Shown here: one piece after another, positions 8,928 through 17,768 of the stretch | Numbering within the stretch: the stretch's first letter is position 1 | Layout: every line of letters begins with the position of its first letter | NCBI GenBank assembly: GCA_041640575.1 | Contig: JBEPZZ010000007.1 | Coordinates: 1 to 59,598 of the forward strand | Origin: Pseudothermotoga sp. | GTDB lineage: Bacteria; Thermotogota; Thermotogae; Thermotogales; DSM-5069 | Direction: 5' to 3' | Length of the DNA: 59,598 nucleotides | The notes under the pieces: model-generated | Told to the model about the DNA's origin: nothing | Database searches by the model: none | The model's input: only the letters and a program-made list of their open reading frames with translations | Program-made: the position numbers and the translations under genes

Positions 8928-10310
8928 ATGAAATTCGTCGATACAACACTCAGAGATGGCCATCAATCATTAATAGCGACTCGTATGTCGATTAAGGATA
9001 TGATGCCAGCCCTTGAAGCAATGGATGAGATTGGATTTTATTCAATGGAAGTTTGGGGTGGTGCAACTTTTGACGTAGCTGTGAGATTCTTGAACGAAGA
9101 CCCTTGGGAAAGATTGAGAAAAATTCGTGAGAAGATCAAAAATACAAAACTTCAGATGCTTCTACGCGGTCAGAATCTGGTTGGATATAGACACTATGCT
9201 GATGATACCGTGAGATTGTTTGTGAAAAAAGCAGCAGAGAATGGACTGGATATAATAAGGGTTTTCGATGCTCTGAACGATGAGAGGAATTTGATAATCG
9301 CTATCGACGAAGCGAAGAAGCAGAAAATTCACGTTCAAGGAGCTATTTCCTACACTGTCAGTCCTGTTCACACCTTGGAGTACTACATCGAATACGCACG
9401 AAAATTAGTCGAACTGGGCATTGATTCATTGTGTATAAAAGACATGGCGGGCCTTTTGGATCCAAGAACAGCTTACGCATTAGTGAGTGCATTGAAGAAA
9501 AACTTCTCCATACCAGTGGATATTCACTCTCATTGTACTTGTGGTTTTGCAGTCGGAAGCTATGAAGCCGCGATCATGGCTGGTGTTGACATAATCGATA
9601 CGGCACTTTCTCCATTTGCACTTGGAACTTCGCAACCTGCCTTTGAACCTTTTTACTACACGCTGAGCAAATTTGGAGAAGTGCCACCAATGAAGTGGAA
9701 TGTGTTGAACTTCCTGATTGATCATTTCACAAATGTTCGTGAAAAGTATTCAAATTTTGATGTCAAAATGTTGACCATAGATCCGAAGATTTTGTACGCA
9801 CAAGTCCCAGGCGGTATGTATTCAAACCTAATCAAACAGCTACAGGAGCAGAAGATGGCTCATAAACTTAAGGAAGTGCTGGAGGAGATACCCCGTGTTC
9901 AGAAAGATCTAGGATATCCTCCTTTGGTGACCCCAACAAGTCAAATTGTTGGTGTACAGGCGGTTTTGAACGTCATCACTGGTGAAAGGTATTCGAAAGT
10001 TACAAGAGAAGTGAGAGATTATGTAAAAGGTCTTTATGGTAGACCGCCTGTACCAATCGATCCAGAGTTGGTTAAAAAAGTTCTTGGGGAAGAAAAGCCA
10101 ATTGATGTCAGACCTGGGGAAGTTATTGAACCAGAATTAGAAAGAGCAAGACAAGAACTTGGATTACTGGCTAAATCAGATGAGGACGTTTTGATTTATG
10201 TCATACTCGGTGATGTTGGTAAGAGATTTCTCCAACGAAGGTATGTTGAAGAGTTAAAGATTGATTTTCAGCTAGTTGACGAAATTGGGGAACCAATTTA
10301 CCCGGTATGA
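8928..10310 (+). CDS. Pyruvate/oxaloacetate carboxyltransferase (OadA/PycB-like, no biotinyl domain)
   Basis: DTTLRDGHQSL, EVWGGATFD, IKDMAG, HSH, PGGMYSN, PPLVTPTSQ; no AMKM biotin motif. Confidence 0.9.
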   Translation: MKFVDTTLRDGHQSLIATRMSIKDMMPALEAMDEIGFYSMEVWGGATFDVAVRFLNEDPWERLRKIREKIKNTKLQMLLRGQNLVGYRHYADDTVRLFVKKAAENGLDIIRVFDALNDERNLIIAIDEAKKQKIHVQGAISYTVSPVHTLEYYIEYARKLVELGIDSLCIKDMAGLLDPRTAYALVSALKKNFSIPVDIHSHCTCGFAVGSYEAAIMAGVDIIDTALSPFALGTSQPAFEPFYYTLSKFGEVPPMKWNVLNFLIDHFTNVREKYSNFDVKMLTIDPKILYAQVPGGMYSNLIKQLQEQKMAHKLKEVLEEIPRVQKDLGYPPLVTPTSQIVGVQAVLNVITGERYSKVTREVRDYVKGLYGRPPVPIDPELVKKVLGEEKPIDVRPGEVIEPELERARQELGLLAKSDEDVLIYVILGDVGKRFLQRRYVEELKIDFQLVDEIGEPIYPV

Positions 10311-11116
10311 TATATGGAATGGGAGTTGACGTTTTACAAATTGACCGTATAAATGAAAACATAGCTGAGAGAATTCTAGGCCCGCATGAGAAGCAGGAAT
10401 TTGAACAGGTGAAAGACAAAAGAGCCTTTCTTGCCTCTCGTTTCGCGGCAAAAGAGGCTTTTTCTAAAGCTTTAGGGACTGGTATCAGAGATTTCTCGTT
10501 TCAAGATGTACAGATTGTTCACAACAAACTCGGTAAGCCTTTAATCATTTTTCACAGAGATTTTGGTGGATTTAATTTCGCTCATCTGAGCATTTCTCAC
10601 GATTTTGTGGCTATAAGTCAAGTGATACTTGAAAAACGAGTTGGTAATGTTTACATTGGGGTTGGATCTAATCTTGGAAAACGGCTGAAGAATATTGAGG
10701 ATGCTTGTTTACTATTGGAGAGACACGAGATAAAATTAGTTAGGAAATCTTCCATTTACGAAACCAAACCATACGGCAAAGTTGATCAACCTGATTTTTT
10801 AAATTGTGTTTTGGAAGTAGATACAAATCTATCTCCAATGAAATTGCTGAAAGTTCTACTTGAAATAGAGAAGCAACTTGGTAGGACCAGAACAGAAAAA
10901 TGGGGGCCTAGAACGATAGATCTCGACATACTCTTGTATGGAAATCTTGTCTACGAATCTGAGGAACTGTTCATCCCACATTATGATCTTTTGAATCGAA
11001 CGTTTTTCCTGATCCCACTTTACGAACTTGGGGTTCGTGAACATCCTATCAAAGGTGACTTTTACGGAAATTTGAAAGAAGGTGAAGGATGCAAATTTCT
11101 GACGAAGAATTGGTAA
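10307..11116 (+). CDS. acpS-folK: Fused holo-ACP synthase (AcpS) and 2-amino-4-hydroxy-6-hydroxymethyldihydropteridine diphosphokinase (FolK)
   Basis: N-half: GVD, RFAAKEAFSKALG, LSISHD. C-half: IGVGSNLG, SSIYET.P, DFLN, WGPRTIDLDILLY, PH. Confidence 0.9.
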   Translation: MIYGMGVDVLQIDRINENIAERILGPHEKQEFEQVKDKRAFLASRFAAKEAFSKALGTGIRDFSFQDVQIVHNKLGKPLIIFHRDFGGFNFAHLSISHDFVAISQVILEKRVGNVYIGVGSNLGKRLKNIEDACLLLERHEIKLVRKSSIYETKPYGKVDQPDFLNCVLEVDTNLSPMKLLKVLLEIEKQLGRTRTEKWGPRTIDLDILLYGNLVYESEELFIPHYDLLNRTFFLIPLYELGVREHPIKGDFYGNLKEGEGCKFLTKNW

Positions 11117-11412
11117 GCAAAATACTTGAAATTGAGAGAGAATTGGACAAACTTCTTGATGAAGAAAAGTATGAGGAGATGTTAGTACTTTTAGACAAGA
11201 GAGAAAGCCTCTTGAAAGAGCTTTCGAGCATACCAGCAGATTTAGCGAGTGGGATTCTACAATCTGATCAAATTAGGACCGAAAAAATAAAGCAAATGAT
11301 GAATCAAACATCTAATCAAGCAAAGCAAATCAAATACAATGAGATTGGACTTAAAGGCTACAAGTCCTCGTATGAACAGCAAGAGAAAAACAAATTAGAT
11401 CGGCGTTCATAA
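11089..11412 (+). CDS. Small helical protein, FliT-like
   Basis: 107 aa, helical, with EEM..LLDKRE.LL and C-terminal GY...LDRR resembling FliT; resemblance only. Confidence 0.5.
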   Translation: MQISDEELVSKILEIERELDKLLDEEKYEEMLVLLDKRESLLKELSSIPADLASGILQSDQIRTEKIKQMMNQTSNQAKQIKYNEIGLKGYKSSYEQQEKNKLDRRS

Positions 11413-11419
11413 ATGAATC

Positions 11420-11445
11420 AAAAGGCGCACCAGCCGGTGCGCCTT
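11420..11445. terminator. Intrinsic terminator between convergent genes
   Basis: AAGGCGCACC-AGCC-GGTGCGCCTT stem-loop; U-run on the minus strand after gdhA. Confidence 0.8.
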
Positions 11446-11467
11446 GTCGTTTCATCGGAATTTTTGC

Positions 11468-12718
11468 TTATGGGTAAATTCCTCTCATTCTTACAGCCTG
11501 TGCGACTCTGTCAATTGCGACAATGTAAGCAGCTGTCCTGAAATCTGTGTTGTATTTCTCTTTTGTCTTTGCAACTTCCACAAAGGCAGCTCTCATCATC
11601 TTACTAAGTTTATTTCTGACGTCCTCAAGATCCCAGAAGAAGAACTGCAGATCTTGGACCCATTCGAAATATGAGACAGTAACTCCACCTGCGTTTGCTA
11701 GAATATCGGGAATTACTGTGACACCTTTCGAGAGAAGAATCTTGTCAGCTTCAGGTGTAACTGGTCCATTTGCTCCTTCAACAATAAGTTTTGCTCTTAT
11801 GTTTGGAGCATTCTTCTCCGTTATCGCGTTTTCAAGTGCAGCTGGGACAAGTATATCCACATCGAGTTCCAAAAGTTCTTCGTGATCAATCTGTTGAGCT
11901 TTCGGATAACCTTTGATCAATCCGTTGTTTTGATCTCTGTAAGCTATTAAATCGTTTACATCAATTCCCTGAGGATTATAATATGCAGCCGAGACATCGC
12001 TCACTGCAACAATCTTTGCTTTATAGTCTTCTTGAAGAATCTTTGCTGAGAAAGAACCAACATTCCCGAATCCTTGTACGGCAACAGTTGCCTTGGAAAT
12101 ATCTTTTCCAAGGTATTTACAAGCTTCAGATGAAATCACAGCAACTCCGCGTCCTGTGGCTTCATTCCTTCCAACTGAACCACCTAGTTCCACAGGTTTT
12201 CCAGTCACTACACCTGGTGCCATATAGCCAACATGCATTGAGTAGGTATCAACAAACCAAGCCATTACTTGAGCATTCGTGTTTACGTCAGGAGCTGGAA
12301 TGTCTTTCTCTGGTCCTACGAAGTTCGAGATCTCGAAGAAAAACCTTCTAGAAAGTCTTTCAAGCTCGGATCTGGAAAGCTTAGTGGGGTCTACTTTTAC
12401 TCCTCCCTTTCCACCGCCATATGGGAGATTGAGCAAGGAACATTTCCAGGTCATCCAAAAGGCAAGCGTTTGGACCTCTTCAAGTGTTACATCTGGGTGA
12501 TACCTGATTCCACCTTTCGCTGGTCCCCTTGCAGTATTATGCTGACAACGGTATCCAGTGAACATTTCAACCCTACCATCGTCCATTAAGACTGGAAATT
12601 CTACAATTATTGTTCGCTGAGGTCTTTCCAGGAATTTTGCTATGTTGGCATCAAGTTTCATGACTTGTGCGGCATTTCTGAAGACCTCGAGCGCTTGTTC
12701 ATACAAGGACTTAGCCAT
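11468..12718 (-). CDS. gdhA: Glu/Leu/Phe/Val dehydrogenase (glutamate dehydrogenase)
   Basis: GPAKGGIRYHP, GGGKGG, DIPAPD, QGFGNVG, EGANGP, NAGGVTVSYFEW; GGAGG RBS. Confidence 0.96.
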   Translation of the reverse strand: MAKSLYEQALEVFRNAAQVMKLDANIAKFLERPQRTIIVEFPVLMDDGRVEMFTGYRCQHNTARGPAKGGIRYHPDVTLEEVQTLAFWMTWKCSLLNLPYGGGKGGVKVDPTKLSRSELERLSRRFFFEISNFVGPEKDIPAPDVNTNAQVMAWFVDTYSMHVGYMAPGVVTGKPVELGGSVGRNEATGRGVAVISSEACKYLGKDISKATVAVQGFGNVGSFSAKILQEDYKAKIVAVSDVSAAYYNPQGIDVNDLIAYRDQNNGLIKGYPKAQQIDHEELLELDVDILVPAALENAITEKNAPNIRAKLIVEGANGPVTPEADKILLSKGVTVIPDILANAGGVTVSYFEWVQDLQFFFWDLEDVRNKLSKMMRAAFVEVAKTKEKYNTDFRTAAYIVAIDRVAQAVRMRGIYP

Positions 12719-13009
12719 AAGAAAGCCTCCTTCCACGTAGGTAATGAATTACTATCATGTCACAGAATTTATCTTGTGTCGATTTGTTCACTATTTCACA
12801 AACTCATTATATCACTGCAAGCCAAGAAGGAGAAATCCATCTATTCTTACCAGTTCAGCAAAAATAGTCAAAATATATGGAATAATACCACACTTGCTCT
12901 TTTGTACTTATCTTTTCTCTTGTATGCATAAGTATGCTTATTGTTGTTTCTTGGAGCAAACTGCTCTAAAGACACTGTAAATCTTTTCATCATCAATATT
13001 AATAGCTTA

Positions 13010-15574
13010 TTAATCGCATTCTATCAATGCGTACCTCAAGTTTGATTGATACATACCATATGTCACCAGTCTATAACCAATAGACTGGACCTTCTTCTTT
13101 AACGTTGGAAGATCCCAAAACACTCTGAAAGCAGGGTAGTACCATACCAAATCTGATTCGTCTGAAAGGTCTGGGAAAAAATGTATCAGCAAAACAGTCT
13201 TTGCTTTTATAAATTTTTCAAAGTCTGGCTGCTGATTGAGCACTGAATGCAAAATCTGGTTGTTTGATTTTTCATCCACTATTATTCCTAGTTCCTTCAA
13301 AATTGGATCGTACTCTTCTTGATTTTCAAAAATCTTCACATCATTCCATTTCAACTCTGCAAGAATGTTATACAAATCTTGCTTTCTATACTTCAATATT
13401 GATGTTTTATACGTCTCTTTCTCCCTTTTCTCGTATTCTTTCAGCGCTTCATCAGAAGGAAAGGGAGTTGCATATATAAAGCCTTCTTTTGAACGTTTCC
13501 AAACTCTCACCGGATGGATTATTCCCAAGCAGCTAATTTTTTCACTTATGTTTCCAACCCACACGATTTCATCGTTGTTCTTTGTCCAAGGAGGAACTAT
13601 GCTTGGATAAAGGCCAGTGAAATTGTAAACACCAAGGTTTATATCAGCAAGCTTTTCGTTTGCCTCAACGGCTTTAATGTGGAACTCGAGAGCTTTTGCT
13701 TTGTCTTTTTTCTCGAAAATTTTTGCCAACCTATAGTAATACATAGGAAACTTCTCAGGACTTTTAATCCTTTCAAGAAGCCAAAGCTTTTTGTCATTGT
13801 CTTTGGTATGAATCGCTGATACATACAAAGCTACATCAGATTCAGATATCAAGAAAAGCTTATCTGCTTTATCTTCACAATACTTTGCAATATCAATGGG
13901 AAGTTCCAGACTTTCCATGTAAAATTTATAAAGTTCGTCAAAAACCCCATCAATTGAGGGATCAAACTTTGTTTTAAGATCATCTAATATTGGTTTTATG
14001 AACCTTGAAAGTTCTGGGAAAAGCTCAACTGATTTTCTGTAATTTCTTAATGCATCTAAAAACTTGGCTTGCTTAAGGTACAAATCACCAAACAAGGCGT
14101 GGATACATCCCATAAGATCCTGGTCGGCGTGTTCTGTTAGGTTCCTTAAGAACTGTTCTTTTTCGTCATCATTCAACAATGAGTAAATGAAAATCAATCC
14201 TCTTATTCTTTCTTTCTTGACAATATCTAGAAGATCTCCATGGTTTATGAATTTGAGTAGAAGATCTTTCTTAGTTTGAAGTCTTTCAAGAATAAGTTTT
14301 GAAAAGTCTGAAAGTTTAAATTGCAGCAGTAATTCGCTATGAAACACTGCTCTTTGCTCGGCTATTGCTTCAACTAGCTTATCCACTTTTACAGCTATCC
14401 GATTTTTTAAACAGTACTGCAGGATGTTTTTGGTACCCTCGATTATTTTAGAAAGATCCTGTGACGCAATTTCATCCAAGACAAGTTGAACAATTTGCTC
14501 GTTGGAAAAAGTTCCTTGGTTAGCCAATTTCGAGGCAATGTTGTTGAATGTAGAATAATCATTTGTCTTTAATGCCGCTAGGCAACCAAACAAATCTGCT
14601 GTGCTTATTTCTTTAAAGGACATTATTGTCCACTCAAATTTTTCAACGATTTTCGAAGCTTCATCAACTTTTTGAATGAATTTTTCCCTCCAACTTAATA
14701 CTCCTTGCCAGTCTTGTTTTTTGTAACAAAGAAAAACCATCGCAAAGTAAGGATCTGGATATTTTGGAACTACACTCATAACTTTCTCAAGAAGTTCTTG
14801 TGCTGTTTCAAACATTCCAACAGTGGAGAGTTCCAAGGAAAAAATATACATGAATTCGAAAGCTATAGCAGGAACCTTTGAAGAATTCCTGAGAACCTGA
14901 TAAGTCTCATACGCAACCTTGGATGCCAGATGCCTTTGTCCACCTATTCTTTCTGTCTTATAAAGTTGAATCAAATAGTAAAGCCTATCGTTCTCACTTT
15001 TAGTGTTTTCTAAATGCTCTTTTATCAAGTTTCTAGTGCGCTCGTACTTTTGTTTCTTCAGCTTTCTAGTCCAAATGTATCCATAATGCAATATGGAAAA
15101 ATTCGCATGAGCAACCTTGGCTTTGTATACCGGTTGATTGTGTACGATATTCTGGTAGTAAACTGTTCCATTTCTAAAAATCCTTGGTGTTGAAGTAACT
15201 TCAGTTTTCTTTAGGTCCCAGTCAAGATAACTTATCGTTGGTAGATATATCGTGTTTACATCTCTTGGTAACTTTTCAAGAAATTTTCTTATGTTTACTT
15301 TAAATTCATCCGATACTTCTTCATCGGCATCAAGAATCAAAACCCACTCACATGTTGGATATTTCAAAGAATTGTTTCTCGCTTCTGAAAAGTCGTTTTT
15401 CCAAGGATGAAAATATACTTTGTCTGTATATTTTCTAGCAATTTCAACGGTCTTATCTGTTGATCCAGTATCAACTATTACAATTTCATCAGCTATGTCT
15501 TTTATGCTATTCAATGCTCTCTCAATGTTGTGCTCCTCATTTTTAACGATCATAGCTACACTTAGAAGCCTCAT
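13010..15574 (-). CDS. GT2 glycosyltransferase with TPR region (candidate flagellin glycosyltransferase)
   Basis: SVAMIVKNEE, VDTGSTD, WKNDFSEARN, LDADE, HYGY, followed by long helical TPR-like repeats; immediately downstream of flagellin. Confidence 0.88.
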   Translation of the reverse strand: MRLLSVAMIVKNEEHNIERALNSIKDIADEIVIVDTGSTDKTVEIARKYTDKVYFHPWKNDFSEARNNSLKYPTCEWVLILDADEEVSDEFKVNIRKFLEKLPRDVNTIYLPTISYLDWDLKKTEVTSTPRIFRNGTVYYQNIVHNQPVYKAKVAHANFSILHYGYIWTRKLKKQKYERTRNLIKEHLENTKSENDRLYYLIQLYKTERIGGQRHLASKVAYETYQVLRNSSKVPAIAFEFMYIFSLELSTVGMFETAQELLEKVMSVVPKYPDPYFAMVFLCYKKQDWQGVLSWREKFIQKVDEASKIVEKFEWTIMSFKEISTADLFGCLAALKTNDYSTFNNIASKLANQGTFSNEQIVQLVLDEIASQDLSKIIEGTKNILQYCLKNRIAVKVDKLVEAIAEQRAVFHSELLLQFKLSDFSKLILERLQTKKDLLLKFINHGDLLDIVKKERIRGLIFIYSLLNDDEKEQFLRNLTEHADQDLMGCIHALFGDLYLKQAKFLDALRNYRKSVELFPELSRFIKPILDDLKTKFDPSIDGVFDELYKFYMESLELPIDIAKYCEDKADKLFLISESDVALYVSAIHTKDNDKKLWLLERIKSPEKFPMYYYRLAKIFEKKDKAKALEFHIKAVEANEKLADINLGVYNFTGLYPSIVPPWTKNNDEIVWVGNISEKISCLGIIHPVRVWKRSKEGFIYATPFPSDEALKEYEKREKETYKTSILKYRKQDLYNILAELKWNDVKIFENQEEYDPILKELGIIVDEKSNNQILHSVLNQQPDFEKFIKAKTVLLIHFFPDLSDESDLVWYYPAFRVFWDLPTLKKKVQSIGYRLVTYGMYQSNLRYALIECD

Positions 15575-15600
15575 TCAATCACCTCGAATCAATTATAAAG

Positions 15601-15629
15601 AAAAAAGGCGGGCATCTGCGCCCGCCTTT
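15601..15629 (-). terminator. Intrinsic terminator of the flagellin gene
   Basis: AAAGGCGGGC-N6-GCCCGCCTTT stem with U-tract on the minus strand. Confidence 0.85.
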
Positions 15630-15643
15630 CATTGTTAATTTAA

Positions 15644-16813
15644 TTATCGCATCAATTGCAATACAGCTTGTGGTTGTACGTTGGCTTGAGCTAACATTGC
15701 CATGCTTGATTGCATCAGTATCTGCTGCTTTGTGAATTCCATCATTTCTTTTGCCATATCTGCATCTCTAATACGAGATTCGGCTGCTGTCAAGTTTTCG
15801 GCAGCTACTCCAAGGTTGCTAATGGTATGTTCAAGCCTGTTTTGAACAGCACCAAGTTGAGCCCTTGCAGTGCTAACTTTGTGAATAGCCGCATCAACCA
15901 CCATAATAGCTCTTTCTGCGCTGTTTTGATTTGTAACATTCAAAGAAGTTGTTGAAAGACCAAGCGCACCAGCACTCATGTTATCAATTCCAGCAATCAT
16001 ATTGTGACCTTCGTTTGCACCAATCTGGAAAATGAGTTGATTAGCTGCAGTATAAACTGCTTCAACTCTTACAACTGCGCTGTCTATGACCTCTTCTTGT
16101 GGTAGCGCTCCACCAAACTGAGAGATGCTAAAGGCTGAGGAATTCCAATTGAATGTAATACCATTTACGGTGGTTGATCCAGCTGTGATACTTACTACCG
16201 CAGATGCTTGTATTACACCTGTTGAATCGAAGTGAATGATTCTAACTTGGATCTGTGCAGTGACATTCGAACTGAATTGTCCTACCTCGATGACATATGT
16301 TCCCTCTGAAGCAGCTGTGCTGACATTTCCAAGAGTGACATCGATGTTTCCGCCGGTGACAACTTTTGCATCAGGTGTAAATCTGAAGCCTTCAAGTTTA
16401 CCATCAAGCAACTTTTTCGTGTTAAATTCTGTTGTTCTGGCAATTCTGTCGATTTCTTCTCTAAGCTGGTCAAGTTCTGCCTGAATTTGGTATCTGTCTA
16501 CGTTTGTGTTTGTATCAGTCGCGGCCTGAACAGCAAGTTCTCTCATTCTTTGAAGTATTGAATGAACCTCTGTCAAAGCTCCTTCGGCTGTTTGAATCAA
16601 AGAAATAGCGTCTTGTGCATTTTTAACGGCCATGTTCAGACCTCTAATTTGGCCTCTCATTTTTTCACTTATTGCCAATCCTGCTGCGTCGTCTCCAGCT
16701 CTGTTGATTCTCAAACCACTTGACAGTTTTTCCAAAGTTTTACTCATGCTATACTGCGTTTCGCTCATGCTTCTCCAAGCATTCAAAGCACTGATGTTAT
16801 GATTGATCCTCAT
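15644..16813 (-). CDS. fliC: Flagellin (major)
   Basis: MRINHN, LSSGLRINRAGDDAAGLAISEKMR, LQRMRELAVQA, LGAVQNRLE, SRIRDADMA; AGGAGG RBS. Confidence 0.97.
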   Translation of the reverse strand: MRINHNISALNAWRSMSETQYSMSKTLEKLSSGLRINRAGDDAAGLAISEKMRGQIRGLNMAVKNAQDAISLIQTAEGALTEVHSILQRMRELAVQAATDTNTNVDRYQIQAELDQLREEIDRIARTTEFNTKKLLDGKLEGFRFTPDAKVVTGGNIDVTLGNVSTAASEGTYVIEVGQFSSNVTAQIQVRIIHFDSTGVIQASAVVSITAGSTTVNGITFNWNSSAFSISQFGGALPQEEVIDSAVVRVEAVYTAANQLIFQIGANEGHNMIAGIDNMSAGALGLSTTSLNVTNQNSAERAIMVVDAAIHKVSTARAQLGAVQNRLEHTISNLGVAAENLTAAESRIRDADMAKEMMEFTKQQILMQSSMAMLAQANVQPQAVLQLMR

Positions 16814-16821
16814 CTTAAACC

Positions 16822-16900
16822 ACACCTCCTTGTTTTTTCCGGGTACCTTCCTGGTACCTTATTTATCTTTTCCCTGGGCGCCACAGGGTTTCCAATTTTT
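16822..16900 (-). promoter_or_regulatory. Flagellin 5' leader with CsrA-like GGA sites
   Basis: Five GGA motifs, including hairpin GGTACC-AGGAA-GGTACC (16842-16858) and one within the SD. Confidence 0.6.
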
Positions 16901-16927
16901 ATATCGTCTATTTTTCGTAAGACTTTA
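16901..16927 (-). promoter_or_regulatory. sigma28 (FliA) promoter
   Basis: TAAA-N15-GACGATAT on the minus strand versus consensus TAAA-N15-GCCGATAA. Confidence 0.8.
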
Positions 16928-17010
16928 GCATGCGGGGCAAAGTAGGAAAAAACTTTTTAGTGGAGAAATAAGAAACAGATAAGTGTTGTGCCTAGATACG
17001 GGGTGAAAAT

Positions 17011-17763
17011 ATGTTTATTTCTCCAACTGCAAGACTTGGAATAAACGTAAAACTAGGCTACAATGTGATTATTGAAGATCGTGTTTTTATAGGAGATGAT
17101 GTGATTATTGGCCATAACGTTGTTATAAGAGAAGATACCGTAATCGGTAATGGATGCGTGATTGCAGATAATACTGTTCTAGGTAAGAAACCAATGAAAG
17201 CAGGTCTTTCAGCTACCACTGAACAAAAGGAACTAGCTCCACTTATCATAGGAGACTATGTGAATATAGGAGCTAATTGTGTCATTTATAGGGGAGCAAA
17301 GCTTGGAAATCATGTTTTCGTAGGAGACCTTGCTTCAATAAGAGAAGATGTAACCATAGGTGAAATGACAATAATTGGGCGTGGTGTGACTGTAGAAAAT
17401 AAGACATTCATTGGAAAGTATGTGAAAATTGAAACAGAGGCTTACATAACAGCGCTTTCCACCATAGAAGATTATTGCTTCATTGCACCTGAAGTAACTT
17501 TTACTAATGACAATTTTCTTGGAAGAACAGAGGAAAGAAAAAAATACTTCAAAGGTCCCACTGTAAAAAAGGGTGCTAGGATAGGTGCTAACGCAACAAT
17601 TCTACCTGGTGTGATAATTGAAGAAGATGCACTTGTTGGTGCTGGAGCTGTTGTGACGAGAAATGTACCTGCACGAAAAATTGTTGTTGGTGTACCAGCA
17701 AAAGTTATCGGTGATGTACCAAATGAGCAACTTTTGGAGAATCAAAATTATTACAAAGGGTGA
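17011..17763 (+). CDS. Hexapeptide-repeat (LbH) sugar N/O-acetyltransferase
   Basis: Many [IV]GxxxxI repeats, [39 protein letters not shown]. Confidence 0.9.
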   Translation: MFISPTARLGINVKLGYNVIIEDRVFIGDDVIIGHNVVIREDTVIGNGCVIADNTVLGKKPMKAGLSATTEQKELAPLIIGDYVNIGANCVIYRGAKLGNHVFVGDLASIREDVTIGEMTIIGRGVTVENKTFIGKYVKIETEAYITALSTIEDYCFIAPEVTFTNDNFLGRTEERKKYFKGPTVKKGARIGANATILPGVIIEEDALVGAGAVVTRNVPARKIVVGVPAKVIGDVPNEQLLENQNYYKG

Positions 17764-17768
17764 TTTTC

